A DNA stretch of 64,000 nucleotides from the NCBI GenBank assembly GCA_965224085.1, contig CBDCYI010000011.1, positions 480,001 to 544,000 on the forward strand. The letters run 5' to 3'. The notes beneath the pieces are model-generated. The model did not search any database and was not told where the DNA came from. It was given only the letters and a program-made list of their open reading frames with translations. Below are positions 20,370 through 30,725 of the stretch, one piece after another (positions within the stretch are counted from its first letter, which is position 1; each line of letters begins with the position of its first letter). The stretch comes from Candidatus Marinacidobacterales bacterium (GTDB lineage: Bacteria; Acidobacteriota; Vicinamibacteria; Marinacidobacterales; SMYC01). Both the position numbers and the translations under genes were made by a program.

Positions 20370-21450
20370 CAACGGGGCACATCGTCTACGCGCGAGGACA
20401 GCGCCTGCTTGCCGTGCCCTTCGATGCGAGCTCGCTCGACGTGACCGGCGCTCCGGTAGTCATTCTCGAGCCAGTAAGCACGCTGCCAACCGAGGGGCTC
20501 GCACAGTTTGCGTTATCTCCGGAAGGCACTCTTGTTTATGCGCCGGGGAACGCGTTGATGTCTACAGGCCGCGTCGTCCTAGTGAGCCGCCGGGGGGAGG
20601 CGGAGCCGCTCGTCGAGACGCCGAGGCCAATTGTGTGGGCGCGGATCGCCCCTGGAGCAGGGCAGTTGGCTATCGAGATAAGGGGAGCGAATCACAGCAT
20701 ATGGACCTACGACATGGCTCGCGGAGCGCTCACGCCGCTCATCTCCGGCTTCAACAACTTTCACCTCTTTGGTCCCCCGATCGTAACGGTTTGGCGTGGA
20801 GCTCTGACGCACGAGGCAAGCTCGATGTTTTTCTAATATCCGCGGATGGAAGCGGTGAGCGGCAACAGCTCACCCCGGTCGACGGCCCGGGGGCGCTCCT
20901 AGAATCATGGTTGCCGGACGGCCGCTTTCTTCTCTACTCGAGCAGAAAGACAGACGCGCCTATCGTGGTGTTGTCTCTCGGAGAGAACCGGACACCGCGC
21001 GTCTTCCTGGGTACGGCCGCCAATGAATCGAACCCGAGGTTCTCGCCGGACGGCGAATGGGTCGCCCACAATTCCGATGTGTCCGGCCGCTCAGAAGTCT
21101 ACCTGCGATCGTTTCGCGATCCCTATCTCAAGTACCAGGTCTCGACGGAGGGTGGCACCGATCCCGGTTAGAACCCGCGAGGCGGAGAGCTGTTTTACCG
21201 CGCCCGCGACAAAATGATGGTGGTCGATATCGGCCTGAACCGCACGCCCGAGTTAGGGCAGCCGCGGCTCCTTTTCGAAAAGCGCATGCGCTCATTGGGC
21301 CTATTCAACTATGACGTCATGCCGGACGGCAAGCGCTTCATCATGATCGACGACAGCGAAATGCTATCACTATCGCCCGTCCCGACAGAGCTCGTGTTCG
21401 TTCAGCGTGTTGCCGAAGAGCTGAAGCGGCTCGCTCCGACGTCGCTTTGA
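20370..21450 (+). pseudogene. PD40/TolB-like propeller C-terminal region of a kinase gene, with several frameshifts
   Basis: FALSPEGTLVY; PLWSPD; PRFSPDGEWVA..SDVSGRSEVY; YDVMPDGKRF. Confidence 0.75.
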
Positions 21451-21516
21451 TGGCGAGGAGATGCTGCTCGTGTTCGAGCAAGACCTCCTCAAGAAACCCG
21501 TCCTCTGTGCTTGGCT

Positions 21517-21990
21517 TTACTCTTTTGCTTCACGAAGCCAATATTCGCGGAAGGCCCGCAAACGCGGCAGTGATTCCCGGTCTTTCACTCGACCCGTCGC
21601 TGCCTTGCTTGCGATAATGTCGTCCAAATGACAAACGGGAAATCCCTCTACTTCGACATGACGTCGCCAAGCATCTTCGAATCGCTCGATACCGTCTGGG
21701 GCAAAAATCAGGTCCAAGTCAAAGGGGCCATTTTTCAGTTGCACAAAGTCCTTACCGCGTGAGACTTCCGCCGCTTGGTCCTCGCTTAGCAAGAATCCCA
21801 ATTCTCGCAGCGCCTCGACGACGGCCAAGCAGTTCTCAGGCGTACGTTCTACGAACAAGTCGGCATCCTGTGTTGTGTCTGGGAATCCCAACAGAATCGC
21901 GCCCGACTTACCAAGGAACAGATAGCGCACGCCTCGCCGCTGAAATATGTCCCGGATTTCCTCCGCCTGGCGATATTCAAACGCTGCCAT
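21517..21990 (-). CDS. Predicted nucleotidyltransferase (DUF6036/Pol-beta superfamily-like)
   Basis: LGKSGAILLGFPDTTQDADL (G-x-G...DxD); DLIF; LDDIIASKAATGRVKD. Confidence 0.75.
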   Translation of the reverse strand: MAAFEYRQAEEIRDIFQRRGVRYLFLGKSGAILLGFPDTTQDADLFVERTPENCLAVVEALRELGFLLSEDQAAEVSRGKDFVQLKNGPFDLDLIFAPDGIERFEDAWRRHVEVEGFPVCHLDDIIASKAATGRVKDRESLPRLRAFREYWLREAKE

Positions 21991-22222
21991 ATCCAAGCCA
22001 ATCGGGCAGGTTTTCTTCGCACCACCGTCGATACTCAGCAGTGGTGTCGAAAGCCCTAAAATCGGCGTCGTCCAGAACCGGCTTGTAAGTCTTGATGAAA
22101 GCGTATCGAAACCGCATTTTGAGAGGACGCCGGGCAGCAGCTTCGAACTCTTCGAGCCACTCGCGCGGAATGTCGGCAGCTTTGCGAGCGTTTTCGATGG
22201 GAGAAAGCTCCGGTTTGCTCAT
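21977..22222 (-). CDS. Small hypothetical protein translationally coupled to the nucleotidyltransferase
   Basis: 81-aa intact ORF with a CAGGT RBS, overlapping the downstream start. Confidence 0.75.
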   Translation of the reverse strand: MSKPELSPIENARKAADIPREWLEEFEAAARRPLKMRFRYAFIKTYKPVLDDADFRAFDTTAEYRRWCEENLPDWLGYGSV

Positions 22223-22261
22223 ACCTGTATTTTACCGCGAGCTGCAGCGATAGGCTCAATC

Positions 22262-22945
22262 TCATACGATGAAGCTCGTCTGGACACACGCCCGACGACT
22301 CAACGCGTCGAGTACTTTTTCGAGCATTCCGACCTGGGCGCCCAGCGCGCGACGTTTCTGAAGCGGCGTCAAGCCCTCTTTCCACGGGAAGGGCGGGACG
22401 TGATCCCGTGGCCAGGCGAACGCGACGACGTAGCCGTGGCTCGCTAGATACTCATTGAGAAGCGCCTGCTTCGTCGGAACGCTGTCTCGGTAACTCCACA
22501 ATACGAGCGGATGGCTCCCTTCGGCGCGATCGGCATCGCGCGCCGCCCACATCGGCGCCTCGATAACAGCGGTGAGCGTCGCCGTCTCAACGCCCGGCGG
22601 CGAGGTCATGTCGTCGCGCAACCATTCCCGAAGCTCCTCCGTGCTCGGCTCGGCATCCTCTTGCGCTCGGTAGTAGTCGCCTAAAACCATTGATGAAACA
22701 GTGCCGCCCCGGCCCGGGCTCGCCACCGGATACCAAAGATACAAATCGACCGCCGAAGGCAGGTCGGCTTCGCCGGTCGCGGCAAGCGGAAACAGCAAGG
22801 TCTCCGTTCGAAAGCCGACGCGGTGGGCGCCCATTTGCAGATGACCCGCGAGATTGACGTCGGGCTGAGACGCGACGGAGGCAGGCGCGCCGGGCCCGCA
22901 GGCGGCAGCCATGAGCGCTCCCCCAAAAAGTAGGTTCCAGTTCAA
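22262..22945 (-). pseudogene. C-terminally truncated alpha/beta hydrolase lipoprotein
   Basis: Lipobox AAAC; GAHRVGFR; LYLWYP; HPLVLWS...EYLASHGYVV; nucleophile region absent. Confidence 0.6.
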
Positions 22946-22987
22946 GGGCGTTCTGCTAGATCGCGTCGTACTCTATTAATATTGATA

Positions 22988-23221
22988 CTACTGACGCCTT
23001 GAGCGCTCGCCGGCGTCCATCGACTGGCCGGTGTGCAGGTGAGTGTCACCCCAGAATACTTCGGTCGGAAAATTGCGGCCGGCGTAAGGAGAGTAGCTGG
23101 TTCGGTCTGGAAACGCGTGCTCGAGGGCTTCCGGCGGCGGAACAGGATCCTGCGCCAACACAATAGCGGTAGAAAGGGCGACGGCGATGACTGCCCCCAT
23201 TCGAAAGCCGAATCTAGTCAC
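22988..23221 (-). pseudogene. N-terminal fragment of a DUF3604 family protein
   Basis: YSPYAGRNFPTEVFWGDTHLHT..SMDAG, then breaks off. Confidence 0.75.
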
Positions 23222-23344
23222 GAATTCACCTCAACTTTTGTGCTGTTTAGGTTTGATCAAACAAACAGTGGCGATTCTGCCTGACAATACTGTATTCGAA
23301 CGGGCAATTCCAACTCTCCGTAGGGAGGAGGGACTCTGTCGTAT

Positions 23345-23540
23345 CTCAAAGGCTGCGGTCGCCGTCGTGCCACGAGTTTGCGAGCTGGTCGAAGCGTTTC
23401 AACTGGGTCGCAAGAGAGTACTCGATACGGCGCTCGCGGCCACCATCGACGCGGCCGGTGTCACACGGATCGCAACCTTCAACTCGAGTGACTTCGCCGT
23501 GTTCGCTTTCTTGCAAGTCGAAGACCCGTCCACCGATTGA
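23345..23540 (+). pseudogene. C-terminal half of a PIN-domain protein
   Basis: LGRKRVLDTALAAT...IATFNSSDF. Confidence 0.6.
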
Positions 23541-23739
23541 GTCGCTGCCAGTGACTCGACACTTATCAAAACGGGTGAGTCTCCGCCAAGGTTGACGCGT
23601 CGCTGACCACTCGCTTTCGCGCGTAATTTTCGACAACATACCGTGGCTCAGGAGCTTGTGGGACTTAGGCTTCTTGGTACGGCTCTTGCCTTTCTGGGAA
23701 GCGGGAAAGACGAAAGGACCACTGATGGACATGTTCCTT

Positions 23740-24501
23740 CAAGCTTCAAAGTGATGGACCGCGATGTCACCGTCCTTCTCATCGGAGAGACCGGTACCGG
23801 CAAGGAAGCTTTTGCACGTGCGATCCACTTCAACGGCCTGCGGAAGCAAGGCCGGTTCGTGGCGGCCAATTGCGGCGCTCTCACCGAGACACTTCTCGAA
23901 AGCGAGCTCATCGGCCACAAGAAGGGATCGTTTACCGGAGCCATCGAGGACAAGGTGGGCTTGCTGGAAGCCGCGAATGGCGGAACCATCTTCCTCGACG
24001 AGGCGAGCGAAACGAGCCCTGGCTTGCAGGTGAAGCTCCTGCGCGCCCTGCAGGAGGGGGAGGTGACCCGGGTCGGCGAGCTCGAGCCTCGTAATCCTGG
24101 ACGAGTACGCGAAAGCGTTCCGTCAAGACTGCCCCGGCTTTACCGCGGCCTCGATGAAGGCGCTGGCCGCCTACGATTGGCCGGGCAATGTGAGCGAGCT
24201 CGCCAACGAGGTGCAGCGCGCCCTGGTGTTGGCCACCCCGGGTAAGCGGCTCGACCTGACCGAAGTCTCAGAAAATATCACCGGCACGCCGCCGGGGACG
24301 ACGGAGTGGAACAAGCACAGCGCCTTGCGCGACGCCATCGAAGCGGTGGAGCGAGAGCTCATCCAAAGAGCGCACGAGACGTTCCACGGAAACAAAACTC
24401 ACAAGTCGGAGCAGCTCGGAATCAGCCGCTGGACCCTGCTGCAGAAGATGCGCGCCTACGGCATCGACGCCGGAAACGGCGATTCTGCAATGAGTGGCTG
24501 A
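23740..24501 (+). pseudogene. Sigma-54-dependent activator (AAA+ plus Fis HTH), truncated and internally deleted
   Basis: [34 protein letters not shown]; deletion near 24090; YDWPGNV; LGISRWTL. Confidence 0.8.
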
Positions 24502-24520
24502 ATCTCTCGTTGTGTCGCGA

Positions 24521-24937
24521 TCATTGTGGCTCGACCACGAAGTGGCGGCGCCCACGGATGCGGTACATCGAGAAGTCTTGGCGATCCGTGGTGAAGACTC
24601 GGTTCGTAGCCAACTCCTCCGCAAGTACGACGAGCGTCGAGTCCGCGAAATCCATCGGGAGATCCTCGTATTTCTCGATGAGCTCTCGTGATCGCCGCAG
24701 CGAAGCGAGTGTCGATGGAACAAGGACAGCGCCGCCCGCAAGAAAAAAGTCGATACAGGTTTTTCGGCCGCTCGGGATGCGTCCCAGTAGATGGGTCGCT
24801 TCCGTCAACACGGCTTCACTCGCGACCACGGGTCCGGTCCAGCTATCAAAAAAACGAACGAAGTCCGAGTGTTGCTTTTGGCTCCTGTCGAGTAGAGACA
24901 CGAGCGCGCCAGTATCCAGGAGGAGCTCACCGGCCAT
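24521..24937 (-). CDS. vapC: PIN-domain toxin (VapC family)
   Basis: LLDTGA...VLTEA...MDFADS...FTTDRQDF. Confidence 0.9.
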   Translation of the reverse strand: MAGELLLDTGALVSLLDRSQKQHSDFVRFFDSWTGPVVASEAVLTEATHLLGRIPSGRKTCIDFFLAGGAVLVPSTLASLRRSRELIEKYEDLPMDFADSTLVVLAEELATNRVFTTDRQDFSMYRIRGRRHFVVEPQ

Positions 24938-25181
24938 TCTTGAGTGACTCGAGAATGTAGCTGCGGTGTTGCTCGGCTAGATCGGGGACACCGGACTCTA
25001 GCGATCCGAGCAAGCCTCGGACACGATCGGCTGAACGTCGTCCCGAGCGGTTGGGCAACCTCAAGAACTCTTGAAGAGCCATCCGCACGATCTCGGATTG
25101 CTTCATGTTCATTTTTGCTGACGCTCTGTCCAAAGATTGCTTCAAGTCGACAGGAAGCCGAACCGTGACTTGTGAGGCCAT
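24927..25181 (-). CDS. CopG/RHH antitoxin
   Basis: QVTVRLPVDLKQSLDRAS...SEIVRMALQEFL; overlaps the toxin start. Confidence 0.85.
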   Translation of the reverse strand: MASQVTVRLPVDLKQSLDRASAKMNMKQSEIVRMALQEFLRLPNRSGRRSADRVRGLLGSLESGVPDLAEQHRSYILESLKNGR

Positions 25182-25211
25182 TGCAATGCATTATACTGCA
25201 CGTGCAATGCA
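25182..25211 (-). promoter_or_regulatory. TA promoter -10 (TATAAT 25190-25195, minus strand) flanked by two TGCA-A-TGCA palindromes 21 bp apart
   Basis: TGCAATGCA at 25182-25190 and 25203-25211. Confidence 0.65.
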
Positions 25212-25381
25212 CTGAGCAAGTTCGATTCTCCCTAGCTCGCTCGATGCCAAATCAGGTGGCTGAAAAGCTTGGTCATCCTCGCTTCGAAAGCGAACGAGCG
25301 AAGAATAGTGCACTTTTCCGGTTGGATTCCATCGGGGCTCGGTGCTACGCTTTTTGTCGAGGAGGCTACGAGACAGAAACG

Positions 25382-27271
25382 ATGGGTTTGGCACCCAAGA
25401 CGCGACTTGGCGTTTTCGAAGTTGTTTCTCCTCTTGGTTCGGGAGGCATGGGGGAGGTGTACCTCGCACGCGACACGGAGCTCAAACGTGAAGTCGCCAT
25501 CAAAGCCCTTCCCGAAGAAGTTGCCGGTGATCCCGATAGAGTCGCGCGGTTCCAGCGTGAGGCGCGCGTACTCGCCTCGATGAACCATCCGAATATCGGA
25601 GCCATCTTCGGAATCGAGCGCCGCGACGAACGTCTCTTTCTCGTCCTCGAGCTCGTTCGGGGAGACACATTGGCCGAACGCTTCGACGCGGGAGCGCTAA
25701 CGCTCCGAGAGGTTCTAACAATCTTCAAGCAGATCGCGAACGCGCTCGAGGCCGCGCACGCGAAAGAAATCGTCCATCGGGATCTCAAACCGGATAACGT
25801 CAAGATCACACCCGAGGGGCTCGTCAAAGTGCTCGACTTCGGTCTTGCCAAGCCTTTTGTAGAAGAGCGGTCCGATGGTGGGTCCAAGACGAAAACGGCA
25901 CCCTCGCACGTGACGAATGCAGGACATGTTCTCGGGACACCTGCTTACATGAGCCCAGAGCAGACGCGAGGGGAAGCGCTCGACAAGCGCACGGACATTT
26001 GGTCGTTCGGATGCTGTTTGTACGAAGCGCTCACCGGCCGGCGTCCCTTCAAGGGGAACAGCATCTCCGAGACGCTGGCAGCTGTCCTGACAGAGCAGCC
26101 CGATTTCGGCGCGCTTCCAAGAGTCGTTCCGAGAAGTATCCGCCATCTGCTGCGTCGCTGCCTCGAAAAGGATGTGCAGCGACGACTCCACGATATCAGC
26201 GACGCCCGCCTCGAGGTCGACGCGATGCTCGAGCGTGACGATCTGAAGCCCGGTCGGATCGGGGAGCCGTCGCTTCTGATTCAGAAACTTCACCGCGATC
26301 CGCTGACGGGAGCTGCCTTCTGCGACGTTTCCGAAGACGGCACACTCGTATATGTGCCGCGCGCCGAGGATATGTCGGGCGAAGTCTCGGGTCAGCTGCT
26401 GCACGTCGACCGCGACGGGAGCTACCGCGTCGCCTTGCCGACTCCGAGAAGCTACCAGGTTCCTCGCGTCTCACCAACGGATCAGCGCCTGATGTTCACG
26501 CTCACGGTGGGCGAAAAGACAGATGTGTACATAACCGAGCTCGCGCGCGGCACGCTGGGCCGCGTTACGTTCGAAGGCAATAACGGCGCAGCGATATGGT
26601 CCCCAGATGGGCGAGCCGTTTTCAGCTCGGATCGCGACGGCGAGGCGTTGAATCTCTATTCGAAGGCGGTCGACGGATCGGAACCGGTGAAGCGACTCAC
26701 CGTCAGCGCCAGCCATCATTTTCCGAGCTCATGGTCTCCGGACGGGACGGTGCTGGCTTACACCGAATTGAATCTCGAGACTTCCCTCGATATCTGGCTC
26801 TTCTCGTCGGTGAGTCAACGCATGGAACCGTGGCTTCACACTGCGTTCAACGAGAGCGCAGCTGCTTTCTCGCCGAACGGCAAGTGGCTTGCCTATGTCT
26901 CGGACGAGACCGGCGAGGATGAGGTCTACGTCAGTGCCTTTCCCGGCCCCGGGGGCAAGACGACCATCTCGAGCGGCGGAGGACGCGAGCCCCAATGGAG
27001 CCCTGACGGCTCCGAGCTTTACTACCGGGAAAAGGAGTGGCTCATGGCGGTCAGCGTTGCGACGGTTCAGGATTTCGATGCCGGAGCGCCCCGACGGTTG
27101 TTCGAGGCACCCTTCGATGAGGCCGGAGCGCCCTACGCCAACTACGATGTTGCTCGCGAGAGCGACGGCTTCATCATGGTCCGAAGTGACGAAGAACGCT
27201 CCGCGTCACGCCTCGTCGTCGTGCTCAACTGGTTCAAGGAGCTGAGGCGCTTGGCGCCGACCGAACCCTGA
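25382..27271 (+). CDS. Hanks-type Ser/Thr kinase with PD40 propeller; the TM/middle section appears deleted
   Basis: GSGGMGEVY, VAIK, HRDLKPDN, DFGLAK, GTPAYMSPEQ; WSPDG repeats; no hydrophobic segment between the domains. Confidence 0.82.
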   Translation: MGLAPKTRLGVFEVVSPLGSGGMGEVYLARDTELKREVAIKALPEEVAGDPDRVARFQREARVLASMNHPNIGAIFGIERRDERLFLVLELVRGDTLAERFDAGALTLREVLTIFKQIANALEAAHAKEIVHRDLKPDNVKITPEGLVKVLDFGLAKPFVEERSDGGSKTKTAPSHVTNAGHVLGTPAYMSPEQTRGEALDKRTDIWSFGCCLYEALTGRRPFKGNSISETLAAVLTEQPDFGALPRVVPRSIRHLLRRCLEKDVQRRLHDISDARLEVDAMLERDDLKPGRIGEPSLLIQKLHRDPLTGAAFCDVSEDGTLVYVPRAEDMSGEVSGQLLHVDRDGSYRVALPTPRSYQVPRVSPTDQRLMFTLTVGEKTDVYITELARGTLGRVTFEGNNGAAIWSPDGRAVFSSDRDGEALNLYSKAVDGSEPVKRLTVSASHHFPSSWSPDGTVLAYTELNLETSLDIWLFSSVSQRMEPWLHTAFNESAAAFSPNGKWLAYVSDETGEDEVYVSAFPGPGGKTTISSGGGREPQWSPDGSELYYREKEWLMAVSVATVQDFDAGAPRRLFEAPFDEAGAPYANYDVARESDGFIMVRSDEERSASRLVVVLNWFKELRRLAPTEP

Positions 27272-27281
27272 CAAAGCTCTC

Positions 27282-28760
27282 TCAGCGGATGTTCTCTCGA
27301 CGTCGGACTCTCTCGAACATGACCTCGAGCTCTTCTTGATCGATGTATCCGTCGTCGTTTCTGTCCATCCGCTCGAAGCGTTGTCGGATGCGTTCGGGAA
27401 GCTCGTCTCGGCTGAGGCGACCGTCGCCATCTTCGTCGCGCTCCAGGAACCGCTGCATGCGCATTCCGCTCGCCATCCCTTCGAGCTCATCCTCGTCGAT
27501 GAATCCGTCGCCGTTCGCATCGAGCCTCCCGAAAATCCTCCCCATCCGCTCGGGGACCTCATCCCGGCTGATGCGGCCGTCCCCGTTCACGTCCAGGTCA
27601 CGAAGTCGCCCTGCCATGCCGCCCCCGCCCCGTCCCGGAAAGGTTCCCGTGCGTCTTCCGCCGTCCGGGTCTCGTTCCAGAGAAATCCGGAATTGCTGAG
27701 TGACGGGAACGCAAAAGGTCTCGGCATCGTCGCAAGCAAAGTAGCGAATCGTCGCTTGGAGCGGAGTCTCCGATTGCCAAGCGTCGACGTCGATAAGAAA
27801 TTCACGTGGATCGCTGTCTGCTTCGACGTCGACTTTGGGACCGGTGCCGGAAAGGGGTGATGCCGCTCCTTTTGGAAGCTTCAGCTCGAAATGCAATGGA
27901 TCGACGAGGTTGTTCCAGTGCACGCCGTAGATCGGATCGAGCCGGAAACCGAGATAGAGTTTTCCAGCCCCCCGGCGCAGAAGATCTCGATCGGCTTCAG
28001 CGCGCAACTTCACATAGAACGGGACTTTGTCCTCGGTCGAGACCGGTTCCACCACGAGGGGCTGCATTCCCCGGGGGAGCTCGATCGACGGCACAACTCC
28101 CTTCGCCGCCTGCTCCCGCGGCGGGGGAATTTCCAGATCCAGGTCAGCGATCCGAGTCGGATTCTCGACCGGTCCCACCAGCCTGTCCAAGTCCTCGCGT
28201 AGTCCTTCTGGGTCGCTCCACATGCGTTTGTTCGCAAGCCTTCCGTCCGGATCGATGATGAACTCGGCGTTCGAGGCATCCCCCAATGCGTGCTTGAGGT
28301 CGTTCGACATCGTGTCGCTAATCCACGGGATCCGGGACCCCAGCGTTCGTTTCGCCTCTTGAACCTGCATGAGGCGCTCTTCGAGTGTATAGGGCGTCAC
28401 GTAGCCATGGAGCCCGGGATGGGCGAGGGCTTTGTAGATGTAGTAGAACTTCACGCCCTTCGGTGCGTAGTCTTCGTAAACCGTCTCCAGACCGGGGACG
28501 TTTCTCTCGAACGGAGGTCACGTGAGGCAGCCGAAGACGAGAACCGAATAACTTCCCTTCAAGCTCGCGAGCTCGAGCGCGCCGCCGTCCTCGTCGTAGG
28601 CCGAGAGTGCGGGCATGGGATCGCCGATGGCGGGAGGCGCCGCCTCGAACCGCTCTCTTCTCGACTGCATGAAGTCATTTTCGAGAGCGGCGGGCTGAGC
28701 GAAAGCGAGCGTTGAGGCTCCCAAATAGAGGGCCACAATGAAACCGTTTGAGCGAAGCAT
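27282..28760 (-). CDS. Secreted deiodinase-like/thioredoxin-fold selenoprotein (CxxU) with C-terminal EF-hands
   Basis: ORFs 28518-28760 and 27282-28454 are in frame across TGA 28518-28520: VFGCLT-U-PPF; GGAGG RBS; four DxNxDG EF-hand loops. Confidence 0.85.
28478..28503 (-). promoter_or_regulatory. Bacterial SECIS-like hairpin
   Basis: AAACGTCCCC-GGTCT-GGAGACGGTTT at +15 to +40 after the UGA; GGTCTG apical motif as in the E. coli fdhF SECIS. Confidence 0.65.
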
Positions 28761-29157
28761 GTGCCAACCTCCTTGCTATGCGCTTGATAGGGATCGTAGC
28801 GCGTTGAGAAGTCTGAGTCATTAGGCTTTCGAAAAATAGTGTAAGAAATGTAAAGGCTCAGACGCGTCGAAACTGTCGCTCAATGGGTCACTTCCGTCCA
28901 TCGGGGGAGCGTGCAAGCCGACGTCCCCGCGCGGTTGTTACTTTCCGTAGCACCCTCTGTGGAAAACATGTGAAAATCTTGTCTCGCGTGGGACAAGAAC
29001 AAGTGCCACCCTTTTGTTTGTGGGGAGTGGGGGAGGCAGGGCTCGGCCAGGAACTCGAGGCTTGCAGGCCGCCGTTCAGAAGGCGCCTTTCCCTGTCTAT
29101 ATGGGGGGTTCCCGTACGTCCTGAAGATGGGTAGGTTTGAGAGAGAGGAGGCAACAA

Positions 29158-29544
29158 ATGGCCCTTTATCTGCTGTTGTTTCGGGGCGGGGACCCACAAG
29201 AAGCCGGGCTCGCGCCGGATCAGATGTCGGCCTATATGGATCGCTGGGATGCGTGGTCCGACGGCCTCAAAGAAACGGGCCGCTGGCAAGCGGGCCAACC
29301 GCTCGAAAACGAAGGACGCGTCGTGGAGTCGAACGGGGTCGTCTCGGACGGCCCGTTCGCGGAGACCAAGGAGCTGATCGGCGGGTTCGTTATGGTCGAC
29401 GTCGAAGGCATGGAAGAAGCGGTCGACGCAGCCAAGGACTGTCCCCTGGGTGAAGTCGGAGGCCGCGTCGAGATCCGGCCGGTGAGCGTCGGCGGGCGCT
29501 GTTCGGTCGATTGGATGAGCCGCAACGCGCACCTCACAAATTGA
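29158..29544 (+). CDS. YciI (DGPF) family protein
   Basis: VSDGPFAETKELIGGF...EIRP; GGAGG RBS. Confidence 0.88.
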   Translation: MALYLLLFRGGDPQEAGLAPDQMSAYMDRWDAWSDGLKETGRWQAGQPLENEGRVVESNGVVSDGPFAETKELIGGFVMVDVEGMEEAVDAAKDCPLGEVGGRVEIRPVSVGGRCSVDWMSRNAHLTN

Positions 29545-29615
29545 GCCAGCGGGAATTTGCACGCTTGTCCAAAGTGCCGCCCGCCGTTCGTCCTAATATC
29601 AAAGGAGTCAAGAAA

Positions 29616-29975
29616 ATGTCCAATGCGTTCGTACATGTCGAGCTTCATACTGGAGACGCCGGCGGGGCCAAGAAATTCTACGGCGAGCTTTTCTCGTGGA
29701 AGATGGAAGACGTTCCGATGGGTGATTTCGATTACACCATGGTCCAAGTCGGAGAGGGAACGGGTGGCGGCATCCTTCAAAAATCCGCGGCCGACGCGCC
29801 CTCGCACTGGCTGTCCTACATCCAAGTCGACGACGTGAAGAGCTCTACGGCGAAGGCCGAAGGGCTTGGCGGCCAAGTCGTCCAGGGCGTTACGGAAGTT
29901 CCCGATATGGGCTCTTTCAGTGTCATCGCGGATCCCGACGGCGCTCGGTTCGGCCTCTGGCAACCGAAGTCCTAG
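29616..29975 (+). CDS. VOC/glyoxalase family protein
   Basis: FVHVEL...KFYGELFSW...WLSYIQVDDV...DPDGARFGLW; AAGGAG RBS. Confidence 0.9.
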   Translation: MSNAFVHVELHTGDAGGAKKFYGELFSWKMEDVPMGDFDYTMVQVGEGTGGGILQKSAADAPSHWLSYIQVDDVKSSTAKAEGLGGQVVQGVTEVPDMGSFSVIADPDGARFGLWQPKS

Positions 29976-30011
29976 CGGTCAAAGACGCATCGTCACGATA
30001 CACTCTCGACG

Positions 30012-30725
30012 ATGTGTCGAGCCGCTGTCGTCTTCAGCCTGACTTGGACGCTTGCTGCGTGCGGCGGTATCACCCTCCAGGACATCGTCACGCCGCGACC
30101 CGTCCCGGAGGAAGCCTGTCTCGTCGTCGGCTTTCTCGGCGGGCGGGACCACTGGGACGATGCTGATAAGGGTGTACGCACGCTCGCCCTCAAACTCAGG
30201 AACCCCGAACGCCGCGTCTTCGCCGAGACGTTCGAGAATCAGCGCCGGGATGTTGCGGAGAGCTTCGTCGTTGCCGCATCACCGGCGCGGCTCGTCATCT
30301 ACGGACAGAGCTTCGGCGGTGCGGCTGTGCTCAAATTCGCGCGCACGCTCGAGGCGCACGGAGTTCCGATTCTTCTGACCATCCAGATCGATAGCGTTGG
30401 AAGAGGTGACGCGGCGGTCCCGCGCAACGTGGCCTACGCGGCCAACCTCTACCAAAACGACGGCTGGTTCATCCGCGGCGAGCAACCGATCCGCGCCGTG
30501 GATCCCGAAGCGACCACGATCCTGGGTAACTGGCGCTACCGCTACAACGAGGCGCCAGGTTCCGAGATTTCGCTCGAAGGTGTGCCTTTTTGGAAGCGCC
30601 AGTTTCGCATTCCTCACGCGAGGATGGATCGCGACGCCTCTGTTTGGTCCACGGTAGAGAGGCTCATCCGCGCCGCTTGCGGCCGCGAGAACCTGCGACG
30701 CCTTGCGGAGGCGCTGGGCTCATGA
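30012..30725 (+). CDS. Lipoprotein with an alpha/beta-hydrolase-like GQSFG motif
   Basis: LAAC lipobox; YGQSFGGAA; IDSVG. Confidence 0.7.
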   Translation: MCRAAVVFSLTWTLAACGGITLQDIVTPRPVPEEACLVVGFLGGRDHWDDADKGVRTLALKLRNPERRVFAETFENQRRDVAESFVVAASPARLVIYGQSFGGAAVLKFARTLEAHGVPILLTIQIDSVGRGDAAVPRNVAYAANLYQNDGWFIRGEQPIRAVDPEATTILGNWRYRYNEAPGSEISLEGVPFWKRQFRIPHARMDRDASVWSTVERLIRAACGRENLRRLAEALGS

